A stretch of 64,000 nucleotides of DNA from an uncultured Collinsella sp. (GTDB taxonomy: Bacteria > Actinomycetota > Coriobacteriia > Coriobacteriales > Coriobacteriaceae). The notes beneath the pieces were generated by a model. The model searched no databases. It worked only from the letters and a program-made list of their open reading frames with translations, and was not told the origin of the DNA. Position numbers and translations under genes: made by a program. Where the stretch lies: NCBI GenBank assembly GCA_900542825.1, contig UQOY01000001.1, positions 232,536-296,535 on the forward strand. The letters run 5' to 3'. Shown in pieces: positions 37,931-47,661 of this stretch (position 1 is its first letter; the number at the start of each line of letters is the position of its first letter).

Positions 37931-37980
37931 AAATAATCTGGATTATATTTCAAAGTATACTTCAAAATATAATCCAGACT
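37931..37980. promoter_or_regulatory. ~46-bp imperfect palindrome in toxin-antitoxin promoter (candidate autoregulatory operator)
   Basis: aatctggattatattt-caaagtatacttc-aaaatataatccagact, centred on GTATAC; AT-rich. Confidence 0.5.
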
Positions 37981-37999
37981 TTTATTCGAAAAAAAAGCC

Positions 38000-39013
38000 C
38001 TATCGATTCTCGATGCTGCCGATATTCTTGAGCTCGATGGAGATGAGGCCGTTGGGCTCGTTGACGAACTCAATGTACTCGGAGTTCGAACCCATCTCGG
38101 CCGGGAAGCTGATTTCGATGCCCGTGTCGGTACGGATCTTGTGATTGCGCACAGCAGCGCGCTCGACCTGCTTGCGCTCCACGGGAACGCGCTCGGGAAC
38201 CTTCTCCTCGGTCAGCGCCGCACGCACGCTTTCCTTGATGACCGGCTCGTCCTCAAAGACCTCATCGACGATATCCCAAGGCGGCAGCTCCTCGTCATCC
38301 TCAACCTTCTCGGCAACGGCAGCCTTAACCTTAGCGAGCGCTACGGCCGTATTGGCACCGTGCTCCTCGGCGACTTCCTCGACCACACGCGTCACGGTGT
38401 CGATGACCTCCTTGCCCGACACGCCCGTGTCGCACTGCAGCAGGCCATCAGGAATAAGCATACGGTCCTCGCCGGCAATCTTGCGTTTCTTGTCCACGTA
38501 GCCGATCTCCATGGTGCTCGCGCGCACGATGGCATAGCTTGGCACCTTTTGCGAGGGGTTTGGCAGAATAGCGTAGTGGCGCGCGATGTCATTGCGCACC
38601 TCCCCCTCCTCGCGGCCCACTTCGTGCATGAAAGCCTGCTTGGAGCCCAGCAGCATCACGGCAAACCAGCGGGCATCCTCATCGTCGTCAAAATCAGCCA
38701 CGAGCACGTCGGTGGACTCGGCTTTCTCAGCCTTGGTGAGCTCGGAGGAGATAAACTCCGCAATCTGCTGCGACAGGTCCACGAACTCGCGCTCGCCAAA
38801 GAAATAACCCTTGAGCTCGCCGCCAAACGCAGAGTTCTCGGCAAACGTGGCGCGTTTATTGTCGGTCGAGGTACGTGCGCGGCGCAGATGCGTGGTCACG
38901 AAGTTGCGCACGGTACGGCTTTCGATATCCAACTCGCGCTGGCTCATAACGTTGACGGCAGAGTCAAAGTCCAGGATATGCAGAATCGCGTGATTGATTT
39001 TCATATACGGCAT
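38000..39013 (-). CDS. nucleoid-associated protein (NdpA/YejK, NA37 family)
   Basis: MKINHAILHILDF N-terminus characteristic of the 37-kDa nucleoid-associated protein family. Confidence 0.75.
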   Translation of the reverse strand: MPYMKINHAILHILDFDSAVNVMSQRELDIESRTVRNFVTTHLRRARTSTDNKRATFAENSAFGGELKGYFFGEREFVDLSQQIAEFISSELTKAEKAESTDVLVADFDDDEDARWFAVMLLGSKQAFMHEVGREEGEVRNDIARHYAILPNPSQKVPSYAIVRASTMEIGYVDKKRKIAGEDRMLIPDGLLQCDTGVSGKEVIDTVTRVVEEVAEEHGANTAVALAKVKAAVAEKVEDDEELPPWDIVDEVFEDEPVIKESVRAALTEEKVPERVPVERKQVERAAVRNHKIRTDTGIEISFPAEMGSNSEYIEFVNEPNGLISIELKNIGSIENR

Positions 39014-39133
39014 TCCGTTCTAGATCGATTTCGGCACGAACCAGTATAGCGGTCGAGCCCTCCCCGAGCGCATCGAAGATTGGTGCATCGGGGACAGGTT
39101 ACTTTGCGCCAATGGCTAGCGCAGAAGCTCGGA

Positions 39134-40276
39134 CTACCAAGCCTCGAGCTGTTCTGCCAGACTCTTACCGGCAGTGGACATGTCGATCTGGGGTCGTTTG
39201 GGCAGCAGCGCGCATTTAAGGATTGCCACGATGGTCTGCGAGACAAAGCGTCGCGTATCCTTGTCAAAGCCTTGTGCAGCCTGGAGCATCACGGGCAGGC
39301 TCTCGCGCAGGTTCCCAGCGATATCTGCAAAGCGTTCGGCGCCCGTAGCCTCAAACACAGAGAACAACGCATCTACAAAACGCTCGCGCTCGCTAGGTGA
39401 CACCGCAAGCAGCATCTCGCGAATGGAGCCATCAACGTATCGAGCACCGGCGGACAGACGCTCACAGTACACAAAATCGCAGCCGTCGACCACCCAGCTA
39501 AAGGGATTGTGTTGCAGCAGACTAAACTCGGTGCTCTCAACGATGGCATAGTCCTCTTGCGTCTCGAACATCATGCCGAAGATCGAAGACTGGGGCAGGG
39601 TTTTATCGATACGACCGGAAAGGCTCGCAAAGGCGTCTCCGCTCAGAAACTCCTCGACAAAGCCAGGGCCATCGTGGGAGAAGACCCGCTCAATCCGGTT
39701 GCGAGCACCGCTTGAGCACATCGCTGCGCCATACACAGCCAGATTTCCGCCCTTGGAATGGCCTCCGCACAAGAGCGGCCCATCAATCGAGGCCGACACC
39801 TCGTCCATATAGCGTGCTGCAGATTCCTGAGAGGCCACAGGACATCGAAACGCCATGTTGAAGTCCTCTTTCCAGCCCACAATCGTGCTGTCGGTCCCTC
39901 GGAAGGAAACGTAGCTAAACCCTGCCGGAAATCGGAGCGTCATGGCCGCAAACTGCTCCGTCATCGCAACATCGTTCACGGCGCGATAGCCGCAAATGCG
40001 CACGCCGCGGTATCTGGGATTTGCTGCCACCGCCTCCAACAAGGCACGGCTTCCCTCTGGATTCCACAGGTCGCCAACCATATCCCGATAGCACTCGGCA
40101 CGTAGCAGCTCGCGCACGTCAAGCCCCCGCCAGCCCTCAAGCTCTGGCATGTCCTGCGGCAGGCGCAAATACGACAACCAGGCAAAGACCAGACTGTCCA
40201 CCGCGCAAAACGCCCGCTCATCAAACGAGTCAAAGGCCGTCTGGGCATAGGTCAAAAAGTTAGGCGAATCAGACAT
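39134..40276 (-). CDS. Mbeg1-like (DUF2974) lipase-type alpha/beta hydrolase
   Basis: GHSKGGNLA nucleophile elbow; 380 aa. Confidence 0.7.
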   Translation of the reverse strand: MSDSPNFLTYAQTAFDSFDERAFCAVDSLVFAWLSYLRLPQDMPELEGWRGLDVRELLRAECYRDMVGDLWNPEGSRALLEAVAANPRYRGVRICGYRAVNDVAMTEQFAAMTLRFPAGFSYVSFRGTDSTIVGWKEDFNMAFRCPVASQESAARYMDEVSASIDGPLLCGGHSKGGNLAVYGAAMCSSGARNRIERVFSHDGPGFVEEFLSGDAFASLSGRIDKTLPQSSIFGMMFETQEDYAIVESTEFSLLQHNPFSWVVDGCDFVYCERLSAGARYVDGSIREMLLAVSPSERERFVDALFSVFEATGAERFADIAGNLRESLPVMLQAAQGFDKDTRRFVSQTIVAILKCALLPKRPQIDMSTAGKSLAEQLEAW

Positions 40277-40434
40277 GACCCTCCCATCAACAATAGTGCA
40301 AGGGGGACAGGCTGGTTTTGCACCGATTGCACCTCATTTGATGCAAACAAACCTGTCCCCAATGCATCAAAAAGGCGCCCGGGTCACATGGACCCAGACG
40401 CCTTCATTGTAGCCTGTTGCTTAAACGAGCGAAT

Positions 40435-41385
40435 TTAGCAGGAGAAGTCGACGCTGTCGATGATGTCCTTAAGAGCCTTTGCGGAGGCGGTGAGCTCATG
40501 CTGCTCGTCATCGTTCAGCGGCACGGGAACGCGGCAGACGACGCCGTCGCGACCAACGACCGTCGGCATGGAGATGGCCAGATCGGACAGGCCGTACTCG
40601 CCCACCATGAGCGAGGAAACAGGCAGAACGGTCTGCTCATCGCGCATGACGGCAGTGCAGATGCGCTTAACGGCCATAGCGACACCGTAGTAGGTGGCGT
40701 GCTTCTTCTCGATGATGGTGTAGGCGGAGTTCTTGACGTCCTCGGCGATGCGCTTCTCAGCGGCCTCATGCTCCAGGTGACCGTGAAGCTCGCAGAAGGT
40801 GTTCAGCGGCACGCCGGCAACCTGGGCGCTGGACCAAGCGACGAACTCGGAGTCACCGTGCTCGCCCATGACGTAGGCCTGAACGTCGCGCGGGTCAACC
40901 TCGACGTGAGCGCCGAGCATCTGCTGCAGACGGCCGGTGTCGAGCACGGTGCCGGAGCCGATGACATGACCCTCGGGCAGGCCGGACATCTTGATGGCGG
41001 CGTAGGTCAGAACGTCGACCGGGTTGGAGACGATGAGCAGAATGCCGTCGAAGCCAGACTTCTTAATCTCGGGAATAATGGACTTAAAGATGCTGACGTT
41101 CTTATTGACCAGGTCCAGGCGGGTCTCACCGGGCTTCTGGGCAGCGCCAGCGGTGACGACGATCATGGCGGCGTCGGCGACATCGGAATAATCGCCGGCG
41201 TAGATCTTCATCGGCTCGGCAAACGTCATGCCGTGCGCGATATCCAGAGCCTCACCCTCGGCGCGGTTCTTGTCCACGTCGATGAGGACCATCTCGGAGA
41301 ACAGACCACTCTGCATCAGCGCGAACGCCGAAGACGAACCGACGAAACCGCAGCCGACAATAGCGACCTTCTTCTCGTTAACCAT
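40435..41385 (-). CDS. ldh: L-lactate dehydrogenase
   Basis: KVAIVGCGFVGSS Rossmann motif and LIVSNPVD. GGAG RBS before MVNEKK. Confidence 0.9.
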   Translation of the reverse strand: MVNEKKVAIVGCGFVGSSSAFALMQSGLFSEMVLIDVDKNRAEGEALDIAHGMTFAEPMKIYAGDYSDVADAAMIVVTAGAAQKPGETRLDLVNKNVSIFKSIIPEIKKSGFDGILLIVSNPVDVLTYAAIKMSGLPEGHVIGSGTVLDTGRLQQMLGAHVEVDPRDVQAYVMGEHGDSEFVAWSSAQVAGVPLNTFCELHGHLEHEAAEKRIAEDVKNSAYTIIEKKHATYYGVAMAVKRICTAVMRDEQTVLPVSSLMVGEYGLSDLAISMPTVVGRDGVVCRVPVPLNDDEQHELTASAKALKDIIDSVDFSC

Positions 41386-41586
41386 TAGAAACTCCCATCT
41401 CTCTCCACAAACAAGCCGCCCGGGAACGACCCGAGCGGCTTGCCGTAATCCCAATACATCCAATCGGGACTTTGATTATGCTCCTATTCGCAGACAAATA
41501 TCGACCGTTTACCGAAATTATTTGCAGGATTCGTAAAATAACTGCACGAAATCGATTTCGAGCTATTGACGAGTCGAAATAAGTTT

Positions 41587-42750
41587 CTAATACAGGCCCG
41601 CCTCGCGAATGGCCTCGACAGCCAAAGCGATCTGGTCGGGCGGCAGGACCAGCGCCATGCGCACGTGCCCCTCACCCGAAGGGCCAAAGCTCGCGCCCGG
41701 CGTCACCACAACGCCGGCCTTCTCCATAAGCTCCTCGCAAAACGCCATGGAATCGGTGCGACCACCGGGAAGCTTGGTCCACACAAACATAGAGCCATGC
41801 GCGTTGGGACGCTCCCAGCCCAGGCCCTCAAGACCGTCGCACAGGGCATCGCGGCGCTCCTGGTACTTCAGACGCTGCGCCTCGACCTCATCGCGCGGGC
41901 CATTAAGGCAGGCGATAGCAGCCTTCTGGATCGGGAAGAACATGCCAAAGTCGATCTGGCCGCGCAGCTTGGCAAAGGCAGAGACCACATCCTCGCGACC
42001 GACCAAAAAGCCGATGCGGGCACCGGTGACGTTAAACGACTTGGAGAGCGAGAAGAACTCCACGCCCACCTCGAGCGCGCCGGGATACTGCAAGAAGCTG
42101 CCGCCCGGCTCGCCGTCGAACACGATGTCGGAGTATGCGTTGTCATGGACGATGAGCAAATCGTGCTCGCGGGCGAAAGCGATGATCTCCTCGTAGACCT
42201 CGGGCGTGCCCACCGAACCCACCGGGTTGGCAGGCAGCGACACGATCATATACTTGGCACGATCGGCCACCTCGGGATCGATACCCGCCACATAGGGCAG
42301 GTAATTATGCTCGGCGACCAACGGATAGTACTCGAGCTTGGCATCGGCGATCTTGGCACCCGCCTCAAAGACCGGGTAGCACGGATCGGGAACCAGAATG
42401 GTGTCACCCGGATCGAGCAGGGCCAGGCCCAAATGGCCCACGCCCTCCTGCGTGCCGTTGCACGACTGCACCATAGACGGCGTAATGCCCGAAACGCCAA
42501 AGCGACGCTCATAGTAATCGCACACGGCTTGCTTGAGTTCGGGCAGGTCGCGCAGGGCATACTTCCACATCTCGGGATCTTGGGCGGCTTGTGTGAGCGC
42601 CTCGACCACATGGCCGTACGGCTTAAAGTCGGGCGTGCCCACGCTCATGTTGTAAATGGTCTTGCCCTGAGCCTTCAGCGCGAGAAGTTTGTTGTTGAGC
42701 GAGGCGAAGACCTCCGCGCCAAAGCGGTCGAGACGCTGCGATGCTTGCAT
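41587..42750 (-). CDS. PLP-dependent class I aminotransferase
   Basis: SLSKSFN PLP-lysine motif. Start at MQASQ with AAAGGTGG RBS. Confidence 0.8.
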   Translation of the reverse strand: MQASQRLDRFGAEVFASLNNKLLALKAQGKTIYNMSVGTPDFKPYGHVVEALTQAAQDPEMWKYALRDLPELKQAVCDYYERRFGVSGITPSMVQSCNGTQEGVGHLGLALLDPGDTILVPDPCYPVFEAGAKIADAKLEYYPLVAEHNYLPYVAGIDPEVADRAKYMIVSLPANPVGSVGTPEVYEEIIAFAREHDLLIVHDNAYSDIVFDGEPGGSFLQYPGALEVGVEFFSLSKSFNVTGARIGFLVGREDVVSAFAKLRGQIDFGMFFPIQKAAIACLNGPRDEVEAQRLKYQERRDALCDGLEGLGWERPNAHGSMFVWTKLPGGRTDSMAFCEELMEKAGVVVTPGASFGPSGEGHVRMALVLPPDQIALAVEAIREAGLY

Positions 42751-42868
42751 GGTGCCACCTTTCAATATAAAAAACGCGGCGCTCCGACAAGAGCGCCGCG
42801 CGATACGGGCCATCAGATTGCAAAAGTGTAACGCTTACAAACCCCGTATTGGTTCAATTTAGCCAACC

Positions 42869-44848
42869 TTAGTCAACTGGATTGAGCGCGTCGATCTGCG
42901 CAAGCCACAGACGCGAGCTAGCGTCACTCGGCATACGCCAATCGCCGCGCGGGCTGAGCGTCACCGAGCCCACCTTGGGACCATCGGGCAGGCAGCTGCG
43001 CTTAAACTGCTGGGCAAAGAAGCGACGGTAGAACGTACGCAACCACGTGTGGACAGTCTTGGCGTCGTAGACGCCCTCGAAGCTCTTGAGAGCCATACGG
43101 TAGATCTTGCCGGGCTCAAAACCAAAACGCAGCAGGTAATAGAGAAAGTAGTCGTGCAGCTCGTACGGGCCCACCAAATCCTCAGTCTTCTGCGCAATCT
43201 CGCCGTCGCCCGTGGGCGGCAGAAGCTCGGGGGACACCGGTGTATCGAGGATGTCGAGCAGCGTCTCAGCAATACGCCCGCCAAAGACATCGGCGGCATA
43301 ACGCACCAGATGGCGCACAAGCGTCTTGGGCACGCTCGCGTTGACGGCGTACATGCTCATGTGGTCGCCGTTATAGGTAGCCCAGCCGAGCGCCAGCTCC
43401 GACAGGTCGCCCGTACCGATGACAAAACCGCCAGCCTGGTTGGCCAGATCCATCAGAATCTGCGTACGCTCGCGGGCCTGGCTGTTCTCGTAGGTCACGT
43501 CCTGCACGGCCGGATCGTGCTCAATGTCCTTGAAGTGCTGCTCCACGGCCGCGTGGATCGAAACCTCGCGGAAGCTCACCCCCAGGTCGCGGGCAAGCGA
43601 CTCGGCATTGGACTTGGTGCGATGCGTCGTGCCAAAACCTGGCATGGAGACCGCCGTGATACCCGTGCGCGGCAGCCCCAGCGCATCGAAGGCGCGCACG
43701 GTCACAAGCAGTGCCAGCGTGGAGTCCAAGCCACCCGAAAGGCCGATGACTGCAGCCTTGGTACCCGTATGGGCAAGGCGGGTCTTGAGGCCGGCGGTCT
43801 GCAGGTCGAGGATAGTCTCGCAACGCTCGGCCAGGTCGCCATGGTCAGCTGGCACAAAAGGTGCGCGGGGGAAGACACGGTCGATGTCGCAGGCGTTGCG
43901 CAGGACGGGAGCCTCGGAGAGCACGCCCCCAAACGAAAATTCAACGGCCGTGGCCTCCGGCGCATCGTCCGCGCGCGTCCACGTCGTCGAGCGGCGGCGC
44001 TCGGCAACCAGACGGTCAAGATCGACATCGGCGACGGCCATATCGCAGGTAAGCAGTTTGGTCGCAGCGAGCTTCGAACCGTTTTCGTAGACGAGGTTCT
44101 CGCCTGCAAAGACCATGTCGGTCGTGGACTCGCCCTCACTCGCGTCCGCATAGGCATAGGCGCAGTACAGGCGCGCACTCTGATTGGAGATGAGACTGCG
44201 GCGATAATCTGCCTTACCGATAATCTCGTCCGAAGCCGACGGGTTGAGAATCACCGTGGCACCGGCAAGCGCCATCTCGGTCGAAGGGGGCGCCGGCACC
44301 CACAGGTCCTCGCAGACCTCAACGCCCAACACCATATCCTCGGCACCTTCATCACAGCAGCGGTAGACAAGCCCCGAGCCCAGCGGGACCAGACCCTGAC
44401 CAGCAAACTCGACCCACACAGGATCTGTGGGCGCCGGAGCAAACCAGCGGCGCTCGTAGAACTCGCCATAGTTGGGCAGATACTTCTTGGCCGTGAGGCC
44501 CAAAAGCTCGCCCGCGCAGCACACGGCGGCGCAGTTGTAGATATTCTCGGCAACTGCAACGGGAAGACCGATGGTAAAGACAATCGGCAGCTCGCGGGTT
44601 TCATCGAGAATATGCACCAGAGCAGCCTCGCAGGCATGCAGCAGCGTGCGATTATGGAACAGGTCGGCCGCGGTATAGCCGGTCAGGTTAAGCTCGGGCA
44701 GCACCAGCGCGCGAACGCCGCGCTCGGTAGCCTCGCGAACAGCCGTCAGCGCAACCTCGGCATTGCCCTCGACATCGGCCACGCGAATCCGCGGCGACGC
44801 CGCCGCCACACGCAAAAAGCCATCAGACTGAGAAAGGTGAAGATTCAT
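42869..44848 (-). CDS. nadE: glutamine-dependent NAD+ synthetase
   Basis: N-terminal CN-hydrolase domain plus C-terminal NAD synthetase domain (SGGLDS). Confidence 0.9.
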   Translation of the reverse strand: MNLHLSQSDGFLRVAAASPRIRVADVEGNAEVALTAVREATERGVRALVLPELNLTGYTAADLFHNRTLLHACEAALVHILDETRELPIVFTIGLPVAVAENIYNCAAVCCAGELLGLTAKKYLPNYGEFYERRWFAPAPTDPVWVEFAGQGLVPLGSGLVYRCCDEGAEDMVLGVEVCEDLWVPAPPSTEMALAGATVILNPSASDEIIGKADYRRSLISNQSARLYCAYAYADASEGESTTDMVFAGENLVYENGSKLAATKLLTCDMAVADVDLDRLVAERRRSTTWTRADDAPEATAVEFSFGGVLSEAPVLRNACDIDRVFPRAPFVPADHGDLAERCETILDLQTAGLKTRLAHTGTKAAVIGLSGGLDSTLALLVTVRAFDALGLPRTGITAVSMPGFGTTHRTKSNAESLARDLGVSFREVSIHAAVEQHFKDIEHDPAVQDVTYENSQARERTQILMDLANQAGGFVIGTGDLSELALGWATYNGDHMSMYAVNASVPKTLVRHLVRYAADVFGGRIAETLLDILDTPVSPELLPPTGDGEIAQKTEDLVGPYELHDYFLYYLLRFGFEPGKIYRMALKSFEGVYDAKTVHTWLRTFYRRFFAQQFKRSCLPDGPKVGSVTLSPRGDWRMPSDASSRLWLAQIDALNPVD

Positions 44849-45051
44849 AAGAATGCTCCCGTGCGTAGACGCCATTCACAACAATTAGCAAGCCCTATTG
44901 TAGTTCAACCGCCGGGTGTAACCGCATCCCACCAACTTGGTGAGCAATTGATGAGTTGATGATATCTGTTAAATGTCACGTACGATTCACATCTGGTGGG
45001 TACCCTGATGGCTGCATGAAACGAAGCAGATTTACACCGGGAGGGCCCCGT

Positions 45052-46005
45052 ATGACAACCAAGTACACCGACGCGCCGCGCACGCGCGTCATGACACCGG
45101 CCGCGCTCAACAACGGCGTTCACGAAAACCATTCCATCGGACAGACCATGGCCATCGCGCCCAAAAAGGGCCTGTTCGATGACATTTCCATTCCCCAGAT
45201 CATCGCCGGTGCCGCAGCAGCCGCCACAAGCGTCGCGCTTGCTTCCAAGATCGGTATCGCCGGATCGGTGATCGGTGCCGCCGTGAGCTCCGTCATCACC
45301 GTTGTGTCCTCGCAGGTCTACCGCCACTTTATCTCTGCCAGCGCCAAAGCCCTCAAAGGTACGCACGCCGACGTCGACTACCCCGCCGGCGCCTATGAGC
45401 CCGTTGGATTGAATGCCGAGGAGCACCTGGGCGGCGCCGCGACTACGCAAGAGATGCGCCAGATTGCGGGGCGCGCGACCACGGCGCGCGTTGCCCCCGA
45501 CAGCTTGCGCGCCAAGGCGGCGGCAGAGCGCAGCCAGACGCAAAAGAAGGTCATCATCTTCTCGATCGCCATCGCCATCGTCGCGGTCATTGCCTGTGCC
45601 GGCGCCATCCTTATCACCACCGCCGGTGAGGGTCTGGGCGAGCGCCCCGAGCCGATTCTGTCGTCGCGCACGACGGAGAGTGATGCAAATGACAACACCC
45701 ATTCGCAAGACCAGCAGGCACAGACGGACGGCACGCAAGACAGTTCTACCTCTGCCGATTCGTCCTCGAACGCCCAAAACCAATCGCAGGGCACCGATTC
45801 CTCTACGTCCAACAGTGGCACGCAATCCGGCACGACCGACTCAAGCCAAACGACTGACGGCTCTCAACCGAGTACAGGCGACCAGACGAGCGGCAATGCA
45901 TCGGGCACGGGATCTACCGACAATAGCAACACCAACAGCTCGAGCGGAACCGCTTCCGGCACGGCATCTGACAGCTCAAGCCAAGGCACGGCATCGGGCA
46001 ACTAA
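45052..46005 (+). CDS. hypothetical membrane protein with Ser/Thr/Gln-rich low-complexity C-terminal region
   Basis: GGGAGG RBS before MTTKY; two hydrophobic segments; ~120 aa of SDSSTS-type low complexity. Confidence 0.5.
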   Translation: MTTKYTDAPRTRVMTPAALNNGVHENHSIGQTMAIAPKKGLFDDISIPQIIAGAAAAATSVALASKIGIAGSVIGAAVSSVITVVSSQVYRHFISASAKALKGTHADVDYPAGAYEPVGLNAEEHLGGAATTQEMRQIAGRATTARVAPDSLRAKAAAERSQTQKKVIIFSIAIAIVAVIACAGAILITTAGEGLGERPEPILSSRTTESDANDNTHSQDQQAQTDGTQDSSTSADSSSNAQNQSQGTDSSTSNSGTQSGTTDSSQTTDGSQPSTGDQTSGNASGTGSTDNSNTNSSSGTASGTASDSSSQGTASGN

Positions 46006-46143
46006 ATACGTTTGCCTCTCATAGATAACCGACCTGTATAACGGGCGCGAACCGGCAACGGTCGCGCCCGTTTGCCTTGGGCGACGAGATGGCAAGCCCC
46101 GTGCGATGGTAAGATGCTTTGGTGTGTAAAGAGGAGATTTGCC

Positions 46144-47445
46144 ATGAGCAAGACAATAGTTAGGCCCACGCTATCGCTGGGCAACCACATCTATCTGTAT
46201 CGTCTACTGCGCGATGCGATTGGGTGCGGCAAGCAAACGTTTATGACGCAGGTCGAGGAGGCACTCGCCGCTGGTGACATGGTCGCCTGTGACCTAGGCT
46301 TCGAGTCCACACGCGAGCTGCTCGAGGAGCTCGACGACTGCATTAAGCTGACTGTCTTTAAGGGCGGTCGCCTGTATGCCACCGTCATCGCCAACGAGGC
46401 CTGGGATGCCGCCCTTGCCAAGGGCGAGGACAAGTCTAAGGCTGCCAAGGGTGCCAAGCAGTCCTACAAAAAGAAAAAACGCGGCGAGAAGGACCTCAAG
46501 GCCGTGCGCCCTAAGCACGTTAAGCGTCCCGAGCCCGAGCCTGTGGCCGAAGTCGCTCCGGAACCCGAGGCAGCGGTTGAAGTCGCTGTTGAAGCAACGG
46601 CAGAGGTCGATACCGAAATCGCCGCCACGACCGATCCCAAAGTCATATCCGAGCAGGAAGCCACTGCGGAGCCCAACGAGGCTCCCGAGTCGACAACCGA
46701 AGAAGCCGCCGACCAGCCCGAGACGCCTGCGTTCCAAAACAGCGATGTCTTTGGCGACGAGGCCGAGGACGATCAGCCCGAAGAGCCCGCAGAACAGGAC
46801 GCTACCGAGGCGGCATCGGAGTCCGAGGCACCGCAGCCTGCCATCTCGCTCACGGTCGTCTATGACCCCGAGAACGCAAACGCCGGCATCACCACCATGG
46901 CATCCACGCCCATCGAGGCAAAGTCGAGCGTCGAGAACGAGAACGCGACGCAGGTTGAGGTTGAAACTGCAGCTGCAGGCGCGTCCGCCATCGTGAAACC
47001 CGCAGATTCCACGATCAAGCCGGAAGCGATGCCGGAATCCGCACCCGTCATCGAGTCCGTGCCCACCTCTGCTTGCGACCAAATTCCCGCACCGGCACCG
47101 GCTTCGGCACCCGCAGCGGCCCCAACCCCCGCACCTGCAGCGCCCGCCATCCTCAAGGACTTCCCCTTCGATTTCACAACCGAGGTCTTCTGCCCCGGCC
47201 CGCTTCTGCATCAGCTGTCGACCTATCTCCCCTACGGCGCCGACACGCTCGGCATCGTCGGCGAGTACTACTGGATCGCCCGCGAACGCGGCACCATCGA
47301 GGCCGCGCGAAACCGCGCGAGCTTCCCCCTGCGCTACACGCAGGCCGGCGAGCGCCACGAAGTCACCGTGCGCATCCGCCGCAACACCACCGGAGGTCTC
47401 GGAGCCGCCTGGACCATCGATAAAGTCGAAGAACCCGAGCAGTAA
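46144..47445 (+). CDS. hypothetical protein with long acidic Pro/Glu/Ala-rich linker
   Basis: AGAGGAG RBS before MSKTIV; globular N- and C-terminal regions separated by ~250 aa of acidic low complexity. Confidence 0.5.
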   Translation: MSKTIVRPTLSLGNHIYLYRLLRDAIGCGKQTFMTQVEEALAAGDMVACDLGFESTRELLEELDDCIKLTVFKGGRLYATVIANEAWDAALAKGEDKSKAAKGAKQSYKKKKRGEKDLKAVRPKHVKRPEPEPVAEVAPEPEAAVEVAVEATAEVDTEIAATTDPKVISEQEATAEPNEAPESTTEEAADQPETPAFQNSDVFGDEAEDDQPEEPAEQDATEAASESEAPQPAISLTVVYDPENANAGITTMASTPIEAKSSVENENATQVEVETAAAGASAIVKPADSTIKPEAMPESAPVIESVPTSACDQIPAPAPASAPAAAPTPAPAAPAILKDFPFDFTTEVFCPGPLLHQLSTYLPYGADTLGIVGEYYWIARERGTIEAARNRASFPLRYTQAGERHEVTVRIRRNTTGGLGAAWTIDKVEEPEQ

Positions 47446-47449
47446 CGAC

Positions 47450-47487
47450 AAACGGCTCAAATCCAAATCAGGATTTGAGCCGTTTTT
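47450..47487 (+). terminator. intrinsic terminator
   Basis: aacggctcaaatcc-aaatc-aggatttgagccgtt followed by tttat. Confidence 0.65.
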
Positions 47488-47516
47488 ATTTGTTGATGTT
47501 GCGTAACCAACAGCGA

Positions 47517-47616
47517 GCGGGTCGCAAGTGCCCCAGGTTGCCGTGAAAGAGGAGCGACGCGTACTTCGGTACGCGAGCGACGGCTTGAACGGCAAGATGG
47601 GGTGCTTGCGGCCCGC
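47517..47616. repeat. 100-nt symmetric imperfect hairpin centred on a UUCG tetraloop (candidate structured RNA / large palindrome)
   Basis: Nested pairings gcgggtcgcaag/cttgcggcccgc, ccccaggttgccgt/acggcaagatgggg, and cgcgtac-ttcg-gtacgcg, all symmetric about position 47566. Confidence 0.4.
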
Positions 47617-47628
47617 GCAGCGTCGAGC

Positions 47629-47656
47629 AGTTACGCGGTTTGGTAAAACCGCGTAA
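47629..47656 (-). terminator. terminator hairpin downstream of ettA
   Basis: gttacgcggtt-tggtaa-aaccgcgtaac, 11-bp perfect stem. Sequence-related to the lysine-operon terminator at 37112. Confidence 0.6.
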
Positions 47657-47661
47657 CAAAA

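Noticed and set aside
40417-42831. + strand ORFs 40417..41388 and 41566..42831
   Set aside because: Antisense to ldh and the aminotransferase gene respectively.
43049-44959. 636-aa + strand ORF
   Set aside because: Antisense to nadE.
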